Shown here in pieces: positions 8,649 to 17,812 of a stretch of DNA of 48,963 nucleotides. This DNA is from a virus. Lineage: Duplodnaviria; Caudoviricetes. How positions within the stretch are numbered: position 1 is the first letter of the stretch; every line of letters begins with the position of its first letter. The stretch is taken from positions 1 to 48,963 of the IMG/VR virus record IMGVR_UViG_3300048575_000440. One strand, written 5' to 3'. The position numbers and the translations under genes are program-made. The notes below the pieces were generated by a model. That model saw only the letters and a program-made list of their open reading frames with translations, searched no databases and was not told where the DNA came from.

Positions 8649-9239
8649 TCACTCCCGGACCTCAACGAGGTCGATCTGGGAGACGACCTGCTGGTCGAAG
8701 GCGTTGGCCTGGACCGGCAGGTGGTCAGTATCGAACCTGACCGGCACATCGAACTCGAAGCTGGCGGTGGGAGCCGCGGACGGCGGGGAAGCGAACGTCA
8801 CGCGTCCGGTCAAATGATCGATGCCGGACGGGATCATCGGCACGCCGCCGATCTTGAGCACGACCGTGCCGGCGACCGGCTTGGTGATGCTGCGCACGTG
8901 CTCGAAGCCACCGATCGCATAGCGCTTCACCAACTGCCAGACAGTGGACGTCACCTCGACCATCAGCTGGTCGGTCGCCGAAAAATCGTTCCAGTCCTTG
9001 AAACGGAACGAATAGGCGCGGCCCTTCACGACATGAAAGAACGCGATCACGTCGAGCATCTGCTCGCGTGTTCTGACGCCGGTCGAGATGTTCCACTTGC
9101 CGCGCGCGTTCGCCCAAAGAATGTTGCGCTCCTCTCTGCCCGTGGCGAGCGACACGACATTGGTCGAGAATGACGGCCCGCCGGTTGCGCCACGCGCGAC
9201 GAACGGCGGGAACGCGATGTCGAGGAATGGCTGAGGCAC
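8649..9239 (-). CDS. DUF2460 distal tail protein (GTA g12-like)
   Basis: GATGGP, GREERN..W, FRFKDW.D, FEFDVPVRFDTD; GTG start. Confidence 0.9.
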   Translation of the reverse strand: MPQPFLDIAFPPFVARGATGGPSFSTNVVSLATGREERNILWANARGKWNISTGVRTREQMLDVIAFFHVVKGRAYSFRFKDWNDFSATDQLMVEVTSTVWQLVKRYAIGGFEHVRSITKPVAGTVVLKIGGVPMIPSGIDHLTGRVTFASPPSAAPTASFEFDVPVRFDTDHLPVQANAFDQQVVSQIDLVEVRE

Positions 9240-9346
9240 GGGTGCTCAAATCAAGCTTGAAATTTCGATAAACTGACTGCCGGCGGAAAAGGTGGTAATG
9301 TAGGTAAGGTTTGGTTTTCGCGCTCAGTTGATGGAGCTCAGGGTCC

Positions 9347-9825
9347 ATGCTTGGCTGGTTTCAACGTCGAGCCGAATTCCGCGAGCGGTTGCACGAAAGG
9401 CAGACGAGTTTATGGCGCGACATGGCGAGTGTGCCTACGACGTCGCGCGCGACTATCGCCTCCAGGCACTCGACTCTGGTCAGTGCGAGGAGCATCGGTT
9501 CTGGAGCGAGGTCTTCAAAGTCATTGCTGATCGAACCGGACGTGAGGTAGGGCCCCACACTGCTACGCGCTATCTTGAATCGCCTCCACGCGAATTCGAC
9601 AACAAGGTCTATGCGGAAGAATCGAGGACAGATTCAGCGCACGGGGACGTTGCCGAGCCGCAGTCCGTTGACGAGGCAACATCGTGGTCCGCGCCTCGGC
9701 TCGACGGATTGATCCAACTCACATTCCCCGCGTGCCCATGCGCACGGCGCGCGCGAGGTCGGCCGCGATCTGGGTGCGGCTCGCCTGGAAGGCGGCCGGG
9801 CTTGGCGTTTGGATCACCACGTTGA
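9347..9825 (+). pseudogene. Inverted accessory (moron) gene with apparent 1-nt deletion near 9387; paralogue of 42228..42503
   Basis: MLGWFQRRAEFRER in one frame continues as VARKADEFMARHGECAY in the -1 frame; AT-richer leader; 3' end uncertain because the frame overlaps the tape measure 3' end. Confidence 0.55.
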
Positions 9826-12800
9826 CGACCGGCTGGGCGGTTGAGGCGCGCTCTGCATAGCGACGCGTTTCCTCGCGCGAGAGCACGCGTTCGCCGCGCT
9901 GGAGGATCGCGGGGACCTCGTCGGGGCTCAGGAAAGCACCTTCATGCAAGCGCGGCGCCGTCCGGAACAGGTCGCTCGGGACGAGGCGAGTCGGTGCCGG
10001 ATCCCCAGTGATCGCGCCAGCGTGATAGATCGGCGAGCCGAACAGGCGCGTCGCAGACGCGACCGGGCCAGGCCCTGCGCCGCCAGAAAGGCCTCCGAGC
10101 ATATTGCCGAGAAGGCCGCCGACTGTACCGAGTGTTGGTAGGTTGCTTCCGAACAGCGCATTCTTGAATGGATTCAGGAGCGCAAGCTTCAGGATTTCCT
10201 TGTTAATGTCGGCAAGCGCCGCGCGCCCGGCATCCGCCCAGGACTTCCAGTCGGTCTTACCCTGTTCGATGAGTGTCGAGAAATGGTTGAAGGTGGTGTC
10301 GGTTACGCCTTGCAGCACCTGCATCGCGGCTTGCGAGCGTGCAAGTTCCTGGTTCAGCCGCTCGATGAAAGCCGCATTGGCAAGGATCGCCTGACCCTCG
10401 GCGCTAGCAAGATCGATCCCCTTTTGGCGGAGCTGCTGCTCCACCTGCAATTGCGCAATGATGATCGCGCGCTGAGAGTCGCCGCGCGTGACCAGGTCGA
10501 TCTGCCGCCCGAGAAGCGCGATCTGGTCCCTCTGGTTTTCCAGCGTCTGCAGGGCGGATGAACGGGCCTGCTCGCCATGCAGCCGCGCATAGGCGCCGCG
10601 CAGCTGATCGATGATGCGTGCAAGCGTGACCTTGGCGTCGCCCTCGGCGAGCGACTGCGCAACCAGGAGAGGGCGCAGCGTCTGTTCGACTTGCAATTGG
10701 CGCTGCGCCTGCTCGGTAGACAGACGACCGGTCAGCACAGCGTCATTAAGCCGCCGCTGCGCATCCGCTTCGGCGCCAAGATCGTAGACTGATTTCGCGG
10801 ATTGCGCGGCTTGTTCAGCGATCTGCTCGCGCAGGAGCTCGCGCGCCCGTGTCTCGACATTGACTCCGTTCTGAACGGCTTCGGTCAGCGCCTTGCGCCG
10901 TACCTCAGCGGATTGTGCGGCCGCACCCCCTTTCAGCCAGGCGTCGGCGAGTGCGAGCGTCGCTTTGGTGTTGGTCTCGGCAAGGCGTGACTGATCGATC
11001 AGAGCTTGTGTCGCCTCGGCACGCGCCTTGGTGCCGGCGCGGACCGCATCGGCCTCCGCGAGCGTCACCGGGATGGCTTGGCCTGATAAATCAACCCTCC
11101 GCCGCCCTTCGGCGATGGCCGCCTTTTGCGCCGGTGTCTTGGCCTGCAGCGCCTTGATCTCGAGTTCGTCCAGGCGGCGGGCCTTCTCCGCGGGGTCGAG
11201 CCACGTCGTGATCGCGCGGGTGACCCCGTCATAGGCGGCTTCGACCTGCTTCAGGTCGGCGATCTTCTGTCGGACAAGCGGATCATCCAGCGCCGCGCGA
11301 AGCTGCGCTTGGCGCGCTTTGAGGACCTGCAATTCTTCGAAGCCCGGTGTGAGGTCGCGCGCGATATTGCCGGCGCGGACCGAGGCTTCGTTGGCTTTGG
11401 CCTCTTTAGCGCGAACCGCAATACTATCGAGCTTGGCTTCGATCTTGGCGATCTCGGCTTCGACCTCCGCGAGCAACCTCGTATTGACGTTGCGGGCCTG
11501 CGCCGCGAAACGCGTAGGCGGGTTCTCGATCAGCGCCTGTAAGCGGGCGCGCTCCTGCTGCAAGTGCTTCAGGCGTTCGTCGATCGGCCCACCGTCCACC
11601 GCGCGCGAGATAGCACGCCCGAGCGCGTCATACGCGTTCGAGGCCATGCGCGCGACAAAATCCCAGGCGCGGCCGACCGCGTGGGTTGCATCTGCGGCAT
11701 TCACCAGGCTGCCCTTGAGCGCCTCGAGCATCACGCGTTGGGCGCTCGTCCGGTCATTCTGGTCGGTCAGCGTGCGGATATAGACCTTGGTGCGGTCATC
11801 CAGGAAGTTGAGCTTGTCGCTGAGCGCATCGGCTCCTCTCACTGGATCGGCGAAAGCGCCAGCAAGCTCCTTGGTCGCAGCCGCGATGTCCCCGCCTGTG
11901 GTGACGGCATAATTCTTGACGACCTTGATCAGGCCATCGAAGTTCGAGACAGCGATCTTGCCGGTTCGCAGGAATGCGACTTCCATTTCGCGCGCTGCAG
12001 CGACCGAGACGTTGCCGGCGGCGGCCGACTGCTCGGCGATCCGTTCAATCTGCCCAACGGCTGCACCTGCCGTCCTTCCGATTCCGCCGAGCGCGACTTC
12101 CAGGTCCTTCTGCGCTTCGATGTAGCGGAGGTAGGAGTGGCCGAGCGATGCGCCGATCGCGACAATGCTGCCGATGAGCGCGGTGGCCGGCGTCACCAGG
12201 CTGCTGATACCTTGCCACACGCCGCGCAGGACGCCAGTGACACCGGCGCCCGGACCGAAGATCTGCGCGATTTGCGAGCCCTGCTGCATCAGCACCATCA
12301 ACGGCCGCTGTCCGCCGGCAAGCGAGACCACGACGTCATTGAGCTGGTAGCTGAGATTGACCAACTGGCTAGACGTGAGCTTCCCCGTGGCGCCTACAGC
12401 CCCGAGCGCACGCGCGGTGGCATTGAACCTGCTCTGCGCCAGCGCATGCGCGGCGGCCTGTTCCGCCGCGGTGATGGCGCCTGCTTTGAACAGGGAGTTG
12501 GCTTCCGCAATCTCGACATTCAGCTTCTGCTGCGCGGTGCCGACGGGATCGATCTGCGCCCGCAACGCTGCTGTGCGTGCCGCGAGATCCTCGGCGGCTC
12601 TCGCGGTCTCTTCGAAGACAGCAGCCGAGTCGCGGGCGGACTTTGCCGGTGTCGCGCCGACACCAAGCACCGCGTTGAAGCCGCGTTGCGCCTGTTCGGC
12701 TGCCGCCGCTTGCCTGGCAGCCTGTGCCAAACGCTGCAGCCGTTGCGTCTCCCTGTCGGCCGCGGCACCCGCCGCATCCATCGAGCCGGCGACACCGCGG

Positions 12801-12898
12801 AACGCGTCTTGTCCCGCCTTGCCGACCTCGTCGAAGGCGCGCTTGACCTCGGCCTTGCCCTCGACGCCGAGCCGTATCGAGACTTGTGTCGTGCTCAT
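9719..12898 (-). CDS. Tail tape measure protein (lambda-type)
   Basis: 1059 aa, Ala-rich helical; NLSYQLNDVVVSLAGGQRPLMVLMQQGSQI; C-terminal DEVPAILQRGERVL. Confidence 0.92.
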   Translation of the reverse strand: MSTTQVSIRLGVEGKAEVKRAFDEVGKAGQDAFRGVAGSMDAAGAAADRETQRLQRLAQAARQAAAAEQAQRGFNAVLGVGATPAKSARDSAAVFEETARAAEDLAARTAALRAQIDPVGTAQQKLNVEIAEANSLFKAGAITAAEQAAAHALAQSRFNATARALGAVGATGKLTSSQLVNLSYQLNDVVVSLAGGQRPLMVLMQQGSQIAQIFGPGAGVTGVLRGVWQGISSLVTPATALIGSIVAIGASLGHSYLRYIEAQKDLEVALGGIGRTAGAAVGQIERIAEQSAAAGNVSVAAAREMEVAFLRTGKIAVSNFDGLIKVVKNYAVTTGGDIAAATKELAGAFADPVRGADALSDKLNFLDDRTKVYIRTLTDQNDRTSAQRVMLEALKGSLVNAADATHAVGRAWDFVARMASNAYDALGRAISRAVDGGPIDERLKHLQQERARLQALIENPPTRFAAQARNVNTRLLAEVEAEIAKIEAKLDSIAVRAKEAKANEASVRAGNIARDLTPGFEELQVLKARQAQLRAALDDPLVRQKIADLKQVEAAYDGVTRAITTWLDPAEKARRLDELEIKALQAKTPAQKAAIAEGRRRVDLSGQAIPVTLAEADAVRAGTKARAEATQALIDQSRLAETNTKATLALADAWLKGGAAAQSAEVRRKALTEAVQNGVNVETRARELLREQIAEQAAQSAKSVYDLGAEADAQRRLNDAVLTGRLSTEQAQRQLQVEQTLRPLLVAQSLAEGDAKVTLARIIDQLRGAYARLHGEQARSSALQTLENQRDQIALLGRQIDLVTRGDSQRAIIIAQLQVEQQLRQKGIDLASAEGQAILANAAFIERLNQELARSQAAMQVLQGVTDTTFNHFSTLIEQGKTDWKSWADAGRAALADINKEILKLALLNPFKNALFGSNLPTLGTVGGLLGNMLGGLSGGAGPGPVASATRLFGSPIYHAGAITGDPAPTRLVPSDLFRTAPRLHEGAFLSPDEVPAILQRGERVLSREETRRYAERASTAQPVVNVVIQTPSPAAFQASRTQIAADLARAVRMGTRGM

Positions 12899-13209
12899 TC
12901 AATATCTCGGGCGTACGCGCGAACGATAATGGGTTCGATCTCAGGAAGGAGTTCGATCAGCAGCGTGTTGAGCGCGCCCATGGCGTCGGCGAGCAGTAGC
13001 ACCGCCCCGAAATCGAGCGCGTAGACACAGCCCTTAACGGCGCGCACCTGACCGGCCGCGCGCTTGAGCACGGCCCAGGCGGCGATACCGTCCGGAGTCT
13101 GTAGGGCGTGTTCGAGGTACGGGCAGGTGGCGCAAGAGTTCGGGCACGCCGCGCAATAGCCTTCGCCCCCGCCGAAGTGCCACTCGGCGAGAGCGATCAG
13201 CCGTTTTTT
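12895..13209 (-). CDS. Tail assembly chaperone gpGT-like C-terminal extension (reached by -1 frameshift)
   Basis: Open -1 frame from the slippery site to a stop overlapping the tape measure ATG; no good start of its own. Confidence 0.75.
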   Translation of the reverse strand, partial: KKRLIALAEWHFGGGEGYCAACPNSCATCPYLEHALQTPDGIAAWAVLKRAAGQVRAVKGCVYALDFGAVLLLADAMGALNTLLIELLPEIEPIIVRAYARDIE

Positions 13210-13550
13210 TCGGCGTCCTGGATCAGGGCAGGGCCGACGTAGAGACGGTCGATTGCATCGAACAGCGACCAGACTTCTAGCGCGGCATCGATCGTCTCCT
13301 TGGTCGGCTCGACCGCGTTGCCCTCGGCATCCCCGATCCCTTCCCATGCGGCGATGCCGGAATGGGCAAGCGAGCGGGTGAAGGCGACGCCGGCCTCCAC
13401 CATGGCGTCCTCGCCGCCCGCGCGCAGCACGTCAGCGGCTGCTGTGCGCGCCATCAGGATCGCGGCGACGGTGATCGGCCGGAACTGCACGCGGACACCG
13501 GGAAGCATGTCGAGCCAGAACGGCGCACGATCGAACGCAAGCTTGAGCAT
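13197..13550 (-). CDS. Tail assembly chaperone gpG-like
   Basis: MLKLAFDRAPFWLD...AEKNG*; lies between tail tube and tape measure; ends in GAA AAA AAC. Confidence 0.8.
   Translation of the reverse strand: MLKLAFDRAPFWLDMLPGVRVQFRPITVAAILMARTAAADVLRAGGEDAMVEAGVAFTRSLAHSGIAAWEGIGDAEGNAVEPTKETIDAALEVWSLFDAIDRLYVGPALIQDAEKNG
13203..13209 (-). other. Programmed -1 ribosomal frameshift heptamer A AAA AAC
   Basis: XXXYYYZ heptamer in correct phase just before the gpG stop; -1 frame stays open about 100 codons. Confidence 0.8.
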
Positions 13551-13576
13551 CGGAACCTCTCGGGAAGGGAAGAATA

Positions 13577-14518
13577 TCAGTAGGTCGACACGTCGTTTTC
13601 GAGCGCGACAGTCAGGGTCTTCTGCAGCGCAGGGTCTTCCGCCGCCTGGAACGCGAATGCGGCCTGGATGCCGCCGGGACCTGTAATCGGTTGCTTGGGC
13701 TTGGGCAGGTAGACCTCGTGCACGGTGAAGAGGAGCGACTTGTCGGCGTTGATCGCCCATCCAAAAGACAGCTCGCACGCAGTGCCGGCGACCGCCTGGT
13801 CGAGCAGCACGGTATCGGCGAAGCGGATGTTCACGGTACCCGACACGCCGACCATGGCGGGATCCGCGTCCTCGATGCGTCCGTCCGGCCGGATGACCTC
13901 GACCTTGTCGAGGTTGTTCGAATACATGAGTTCGGCCGAGACGATCTGCCCGAGCGCAGTGCCATTGCGCTTGATCTCGCCCAGACCTTGAGAGAACCGC
14001 TCGATCACCGCCTCGGTCGGGCTTCCGGCGCTGGACGAACCGGTCTTGGTCTCGCCTTGCGCGATCAGGCTCATGGTGGCGTTGAGGAGACCCGAGCGCT
14101 GCAGCTGAATGCGCATCGAGTTGGCGCGCACGCCGAAGTTCATCCCGTAACTTGGGACTTCCGGCATGCCGACCTCGATCGACATCGACGGCAGCGTGAG
14201 CGCGCCGGAGACGAATGTGTGGGTGAAGACACCAGAATTGTCGACCGAGGTGGGCGCACCGAGGAGGAGCTTCAGCCAATAGCCGAAGTTGCGCAGGTCG
14301 ACCGGGACGACCACCTCGCCCTCGTTGTTGACCACATCCCGGCTCGGCGGCAGCGGCTCCCGTCCGTAGCCGAGGAGGTCGCTTGCGATCAAGTTCTGTT
14401 CGTCACCGAGCGCCGAGGAGACGAAGGGGAGCTTCTTGTAACCGGCCGCGGGTGGCGTGCCGTAAGTCGTCTCGAATGCGGCAGCCATGACGGCGTTGGC
14501 GCCGCGCGCGCGTGCCAT
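13577..14518 (-). CDS. Tail tube (major tail) protein
   Basis: MARARGANA..FETTYGTPP; position after terminator and before chaperones. Confidence 0.85.
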   Translation of the reverse strand: MARARGANAVMAAAFETTYGTPPAAGYKKLPFVSSALGDEQNLIASDLLGYGREPLPPSRDVVNNEGEVVVPVDLRNFGYWLKLLLGAPTSVDNSGVFTHTFVSGALTLPSMSIEVGMPEVPSYGMNFGVRANSMRIQLQRSGLLNATMSLIAQGETKTGSSSAGSPTEAVIERFSQGLGEIKRNGTALGQIVSAELMYSNNLDKVEVIRPDGRIEDADPAMVGVSGTVNIRFADTVLLDQAVAGTACELSFGWAINADKSLLFTVHEVYLPKPKQPITGPGGIQAAFAFQAAEDPALQKTLTVALENDVSTY

Positions 14519-14546
14519 GGGACTCTCCTTGAGCTCGTGATGGAGT

Positions 14547-14981
14547 TCAGTTCAGCGGGTCGGTCGTGCCGTAGACCGCGATGATCGCGGCGTCGGCCCA
14601 GCGACCGGCGCGAGCGCCCGCGGTCTCGACATCGTCGGTCGACGGCGCTTCCGCCTCGAGGAAGTCGCAGAGGCCGCCAAGGGTCCGGTCGGCGGCGACG
14701 GCGGCTCCAATTGCACCCAGCATCTCGTCGAGCATTTGCTCGCGCGGCTGCGAGGAGGTCTCGTAAGCCGCGACCTCGATCGGCATGCGATGCGTGTAGA
14801 TGTAGGTAAGCGGCGAGAGCATCACCTCGGGATCGCCCGGCTCGCCGTCACGCACGATGACAAGGCCGCCAGGAGGGATGCGCTCGGCCTTCGCGAGGTT
14901 GCGTTTGACGTCCGCGTTTGGCAGCGCAGCCGCGACCAGAGCCTTGACCGCATCGAGCACCTGCTCGCGCTTGCTCGTCAT
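14547..14981 (-). CDS. Tail terminator-like protein
   Basis: REQVL.., RDGEPG.P, ADRTLGGLCD, Y.TTDPL; neck position. Confidence 0.7.
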   Translation of the reverse strand: MTSKREQVLDAVKALVAAALPNADVKRNLAKAERIPPGGLVIVRDGEPGDPEVMLSPLTYIYTHRMPIEVAAYETSSQPREQMLDEMLGAIGAAVAADRTLGGLCDFLEAEAPSTDDVETAGARAGRWADAAIIAVYGTTDPLN

Positions 14982-15067
14982 CGCAGACTCGCGACGAGCA
15001 ACGAAACGATAAACGCGAACGAGAAGAATGTCATCAGGACCGCAGCGCGTTCGTGCTTCACAGTCAT
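14978..15067 (-). CDS. 29-aa single-TM micro-protein
   Basis: MTVKHERAAVLMTFFSFAFIVSLLVASLR; ATGA overlaps with both neighbours. Confidence 0.55.
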   Translation of the reverse strand: MTVKHERAAVLMTFFSFAFIVSLLVASLR

Positions 15068-15720
15068 CTCCAATGGCTCGCGATCACGCTTGGCACGCGG
15101 TCGGCCCAGCGTTGTGCGATCGCCGCGATATCGAGTCGCTTCTGTAATGTGACCTGCGGGACCAGGACGAAGACCACGACGGTCGCGCGGCCCTTCAACC
15201 GCGTGAACCGCGCCCCCGCCCGCGTGCGGCCGATGTTCGGCCTTGCCAAACCTTTCTTGCTCAGCTGGGCATTGTCGGCGACGAGCAGCGATGGCTGTCC
15301 GCGCCGATAGACGAAGCGCAACCGCATGCCGGTGCGCCGCTCCCAGCCGCCGGGTGTGATTCGCTTCATGGCGCCTGTTGCGCTCATACCCTTGACGCCG
15401 GCCGCGGCCGTCGGAATCGCGAGGAAGACACCGCGGTTCGATCTGATCGTCACACCGCGATCGAAGGCATCGACGATGTTCGGCGCCTTCGACCAGACGA
15501 ATGACGCGGCTTCCAGGCTGATGCCGCCTTCCGGGTAGGTCTTGCCGCGCCAGGTGTTGGCGAGGCGCTGGCCCAGGCCCGCGTCCACTATGTCGGCGCG
15601 CAGCTCGGTCTTGAGCCCCTCCGTCAACTCGCGCATGGCGCCGGTGACCGAGCGCGCCGCATCGCCGTCGGCCTCGCTGAGCCCCTTGGCGATGTCGTCG
15701 GTCTTGAGCGTGAAGCGCAT
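15064..15720 (-). CDS. DUF6441-like neck / tail completion protein
   Basis: GLGQRLANTWR, AFDRGVTIRS..G.FLAIPT, FVLVPQV; basic; neck position. Confidence 0.7.
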   Translation of the reverse strand: MRFTLKTDDIAKGLSEADGDAARSVTGAMRELTEGLKTELRADIVDAGLGQRLANTWRGKTYPEGGISLEAASFVWSKAPNIVDAFDRGVTIRSNRGVFLAIPTAAAGVKGMSATGAMKRITPGGWERRTGMRLRFVYRRGQPSLLVADNAQLSKKGLARPNIGRTRAGARFTRLKGRATVVVFVLVPQVTLQKRLDIAAIAQRWADRVPSVIASHWR

Positions 15721-15722
15721 GA

Positions 15723-16040
15723 TTACGCCGGAGGCGCTGCCTCGCAGGTCCACACCAGCCGCCCGCTGTCGATGATCGGGGCGGCGATGATCTCGAAAAG
15801 CTCGCCATCGATCTCGACCGTGTCGCCGCTCGCAGGTTCAGCGACCTCCGAGCGGCGCACGTCGACCAGCAGGGTCGGAAGCAGCGCACGGCTGTCGCCG
15901 AAGCCAACCACCTGGTCCGGACGTCGCGTGACGACCCGGACCGCAGTCCCGGCGCCCGCGCCGCCCGCGCGCCAGATGGCATTCGTTGCGATGTTTGGGT
16001 CCGCGAACAGCGCATCGAATGCTACAGTGAAAATCGTCAT
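15723..16040 (-). CDS. Head-tail joining (head closure) protein
   Basis: LFADPN, DVRRSEV..P..GD; first structural gene after capsid. Confidence 0.7.
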   Translation of the reverse strand: MTIFTVAFDALFADPNIATNAIWRAGGAGAGTAVRVVTRRPDQVVGFGDSRALLPTLLVDVRRSEVAEPASGDTVEIDGELFEIIAAPIIDSGRLVWTCEAAPPA

Positions 16041-16135
16041 TACCACACGTGAATTCGTTCGTCATATGAACGAGTGACGTGCGTTCATGAGTAGACCGGG
16101 CGCATCACAAAAACTGCGCGTTTCCGAGGTGTTCA

Positions 16136-16714
16136 GTGTGCAACGACTACGGCAATCGGGTCCCTTACAGCGCCTATGTTGAGGCGTTCAGCCAAATCCG
16201 AATACCGCTGAAATTTCCGGCCGCGGCTCCCAATCTGGAACCGCGCGACGATATCTGGCCAACCGAGCAGGCGCCGGTCATCCGGCGACGCGATGACGGT
16301 GTCGAGCTCGTGCAGCTGCGCTGGGGATTCGCGGCGGGGCGCCCGAAGGCCCCGCCCGTCATCAACTTTCGCTCGGAAGGGCGCCGGTTCGCGAATGGCC
16401 GCTGTCTCGTGCCGGCGTCGCACTTCTTCGAGTTCACCGGCAAGAAGTCCCCCAAGTCGAAATGGAAATTCACAAAGGCCGGGGAAGATTGGTTCTGCTT
16501 TGCCGGTCTGTGGCGGCCGGCGCGCGGCGACGTGCCGGAAGCGTTCACGCTGCTAACGACCGAACCCGGCCCCGACGTTGCGCCCATCCATGACCGGCAA
16601 ATGGTCGTTCTGGAGCGGAGCGATTGGGCCGCTTGGCTCGATCTAACGCGACCAGAAGCGGAATTGCTTCGACCGTTGCCGGCTGGAAGTCTAAATGTGG
16701 AACAAGTGCGCTAG
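16136..16714 (+). CDS. SOS response-associated peptidase (SRAP; YedK/HMCES family)
   Basis: Catalytic Cys2 (MCNDY), RWG, INFRSE, RCLVPA..FFE, FAGLW, IHDRQ. Confidence 0.92.
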   Translation: MCNDYGNRVPYSAYVEAFSQIRIPLKFPAAAPNLEPRDDIWPTEQAPVIRRRDDGVELVQLRWGFAAGRPKAPPVINFRSEGRRFANGRCLVPASHFFEFTGKKSPKSKWKFTKAGEDWFCFAGLWRPARGDVPEAFTLLTTEPGPDVAPIHDRQMVVLERSDWAAWLDLTRPEAELLRPLPAGSLNVEQVR

Positions 16715-17733
16715 TTGCTTGTGTGAATTTTCACCGCGAGCTGAGGCCGCTTGTTGACCGGGAGCGGCGAGGCTTCCGTCTTCACGTCGATCGCGCTGCC
16801 GTCCTGCCGCGCGATCTGGCGGGCATAGATCGGCAGGCCCATCGTGTTGACGGTCTCGATCAGGTTAGCCGAGGCGCCATAGGTCACGAAGGTGTCCATG
16901 GTGCCGAGCGGGAACGCGATGCCTTCGTTCGCCGGGATCAGCGTCTCCGTCGCGCCGGTCGAGAGCGTGACCGTGGCGTTGTACTCCTCGAACACGATGC
17001 CCGAGAAGGGGAAGCGACGGCGCGTGTCCTCGCGCAGCGGCTGCGCGCCGGTCGAGGAGAAGTACTTGTAGGCCTCCTCGACTTTCGAGTGACCGATCAG
17101 CTTGTCGAAGAAGCCGGGGCTGACCAATGCCAGCACGCCGTTCATGGTCTCGCCCTTGAGCTCGGTCTCCACATCGCGCAGCACTTCGCGGCACTTGGCC
17201 TGGACGTTCGTGCCGGCCGTGCCGAGCACGAAGTCGACCGACTGCTGCGCGAGGCCGAACTCGGCGAAGTAGTCATAGAGTTGAATGCCGGCGCCATCCT
17301 TGACCACGCCGCGCAGCGCATTGACCTCCATGTATTCGCGCGTCTGCGCGTGCTTGGCGCGCATCCGGGTGAGCTTGCGCTCCATCACGGTGGCGAGCGG
17401 GTCGGCCGCGTCCGCCACGCCGAAGCCGCGCACGCCCTGGATGTCCTGCGGCGTGATCACGTCGTCGTGCGGAATCCATGGCACCGTGAACGAGCGCATG
17501 GACCGGGTATCGCGGTTGGCGACGGTGGCCGGCCCGCCGAGTGGCACGGTGGGCAGCAGGTTAAGCACGCCCTCGGCCTGCTCGATGATGACGCTGCGCT
17601 GGGTGATGCCCTCGAAGCGGAACAGTCCGAGCTCGCCGAGACGGGTGTAGACGTTGGGCAGGATGTTGATGGCTTGGGTCATCTCGGCGAGCGTGTAGCC
17701 GCCCGCGTCGAAGGGATTGATCATCGGGGCCAT
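16711..17733 (-). CDS. Major capsid protein (lambda gpE family)
   Basis: MTQAINILPN, HAQTREY..AL.G, FPLGT, ASPLP; AGGAG RBS before ATG 17733. Confidence 0.92.
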   Translation of the reverse strand: MAPMINPFDAGGYTLAEMTQAINILPNVYTRLGELGLFRFEGITQRSVIIEQAEGVLNLLPTVPLGGPATVANRDTRSMRSFTVPWIPHDDVITPQDIQGVRGFGVADAADPLATVMERKLTRMRAKHAQTREYMEVNALRGVVKDGAGIQLYDYFAEFGLAQQSVDFVLGTAGTNVQAKCREVLRDVETELKGETMNGVLALVSPGFFDKLIGHSKVEEAYKYFSSTGAQPLREDTRRRFPFSGIVFEEYNATVTLSTGATETLIPANEGIAFPLGTMDTFVTYGASANLIETVNTMGLPIYARQIARQDGSAIDVKTEASPLPVNKRPQLAVKIHTSN

Positions 17734-17748
17734 AGAGTCGGTTCTCCT

Positions 17749-17790
17749 AAAAGAGACCGGGCCCCGATGGAGGTCCATCGAGGCCCGGTC
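17749..17790 (-). terminator. Terminator-like hairpin between decoration and capsid genes
   Basis: 16-bp stem with one G-U (GACCGGGCCTCGATGG/CCATCGGGGCCCGGTC) followed by TCTTTT. Confidence 0.55.
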
Positions 17791-17812
17791 AGGCGGGGAG
17801 GTTCAGGGAAGG

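Noticed and set aside
3330-9239. Whole region as a gene transfer agent
   Set aside because: cI/cro, replication genes, recombinase and a lambda-type head indicate a true prophage.
16057-16086. LexA box upstream of SRAP
   Set aside because: Site reads GTTC-N7-GAAC (inverted), not the alphaproteobacterial GTTC-N7-GTTC direct repeat; nearby alternatives have two mismatches.
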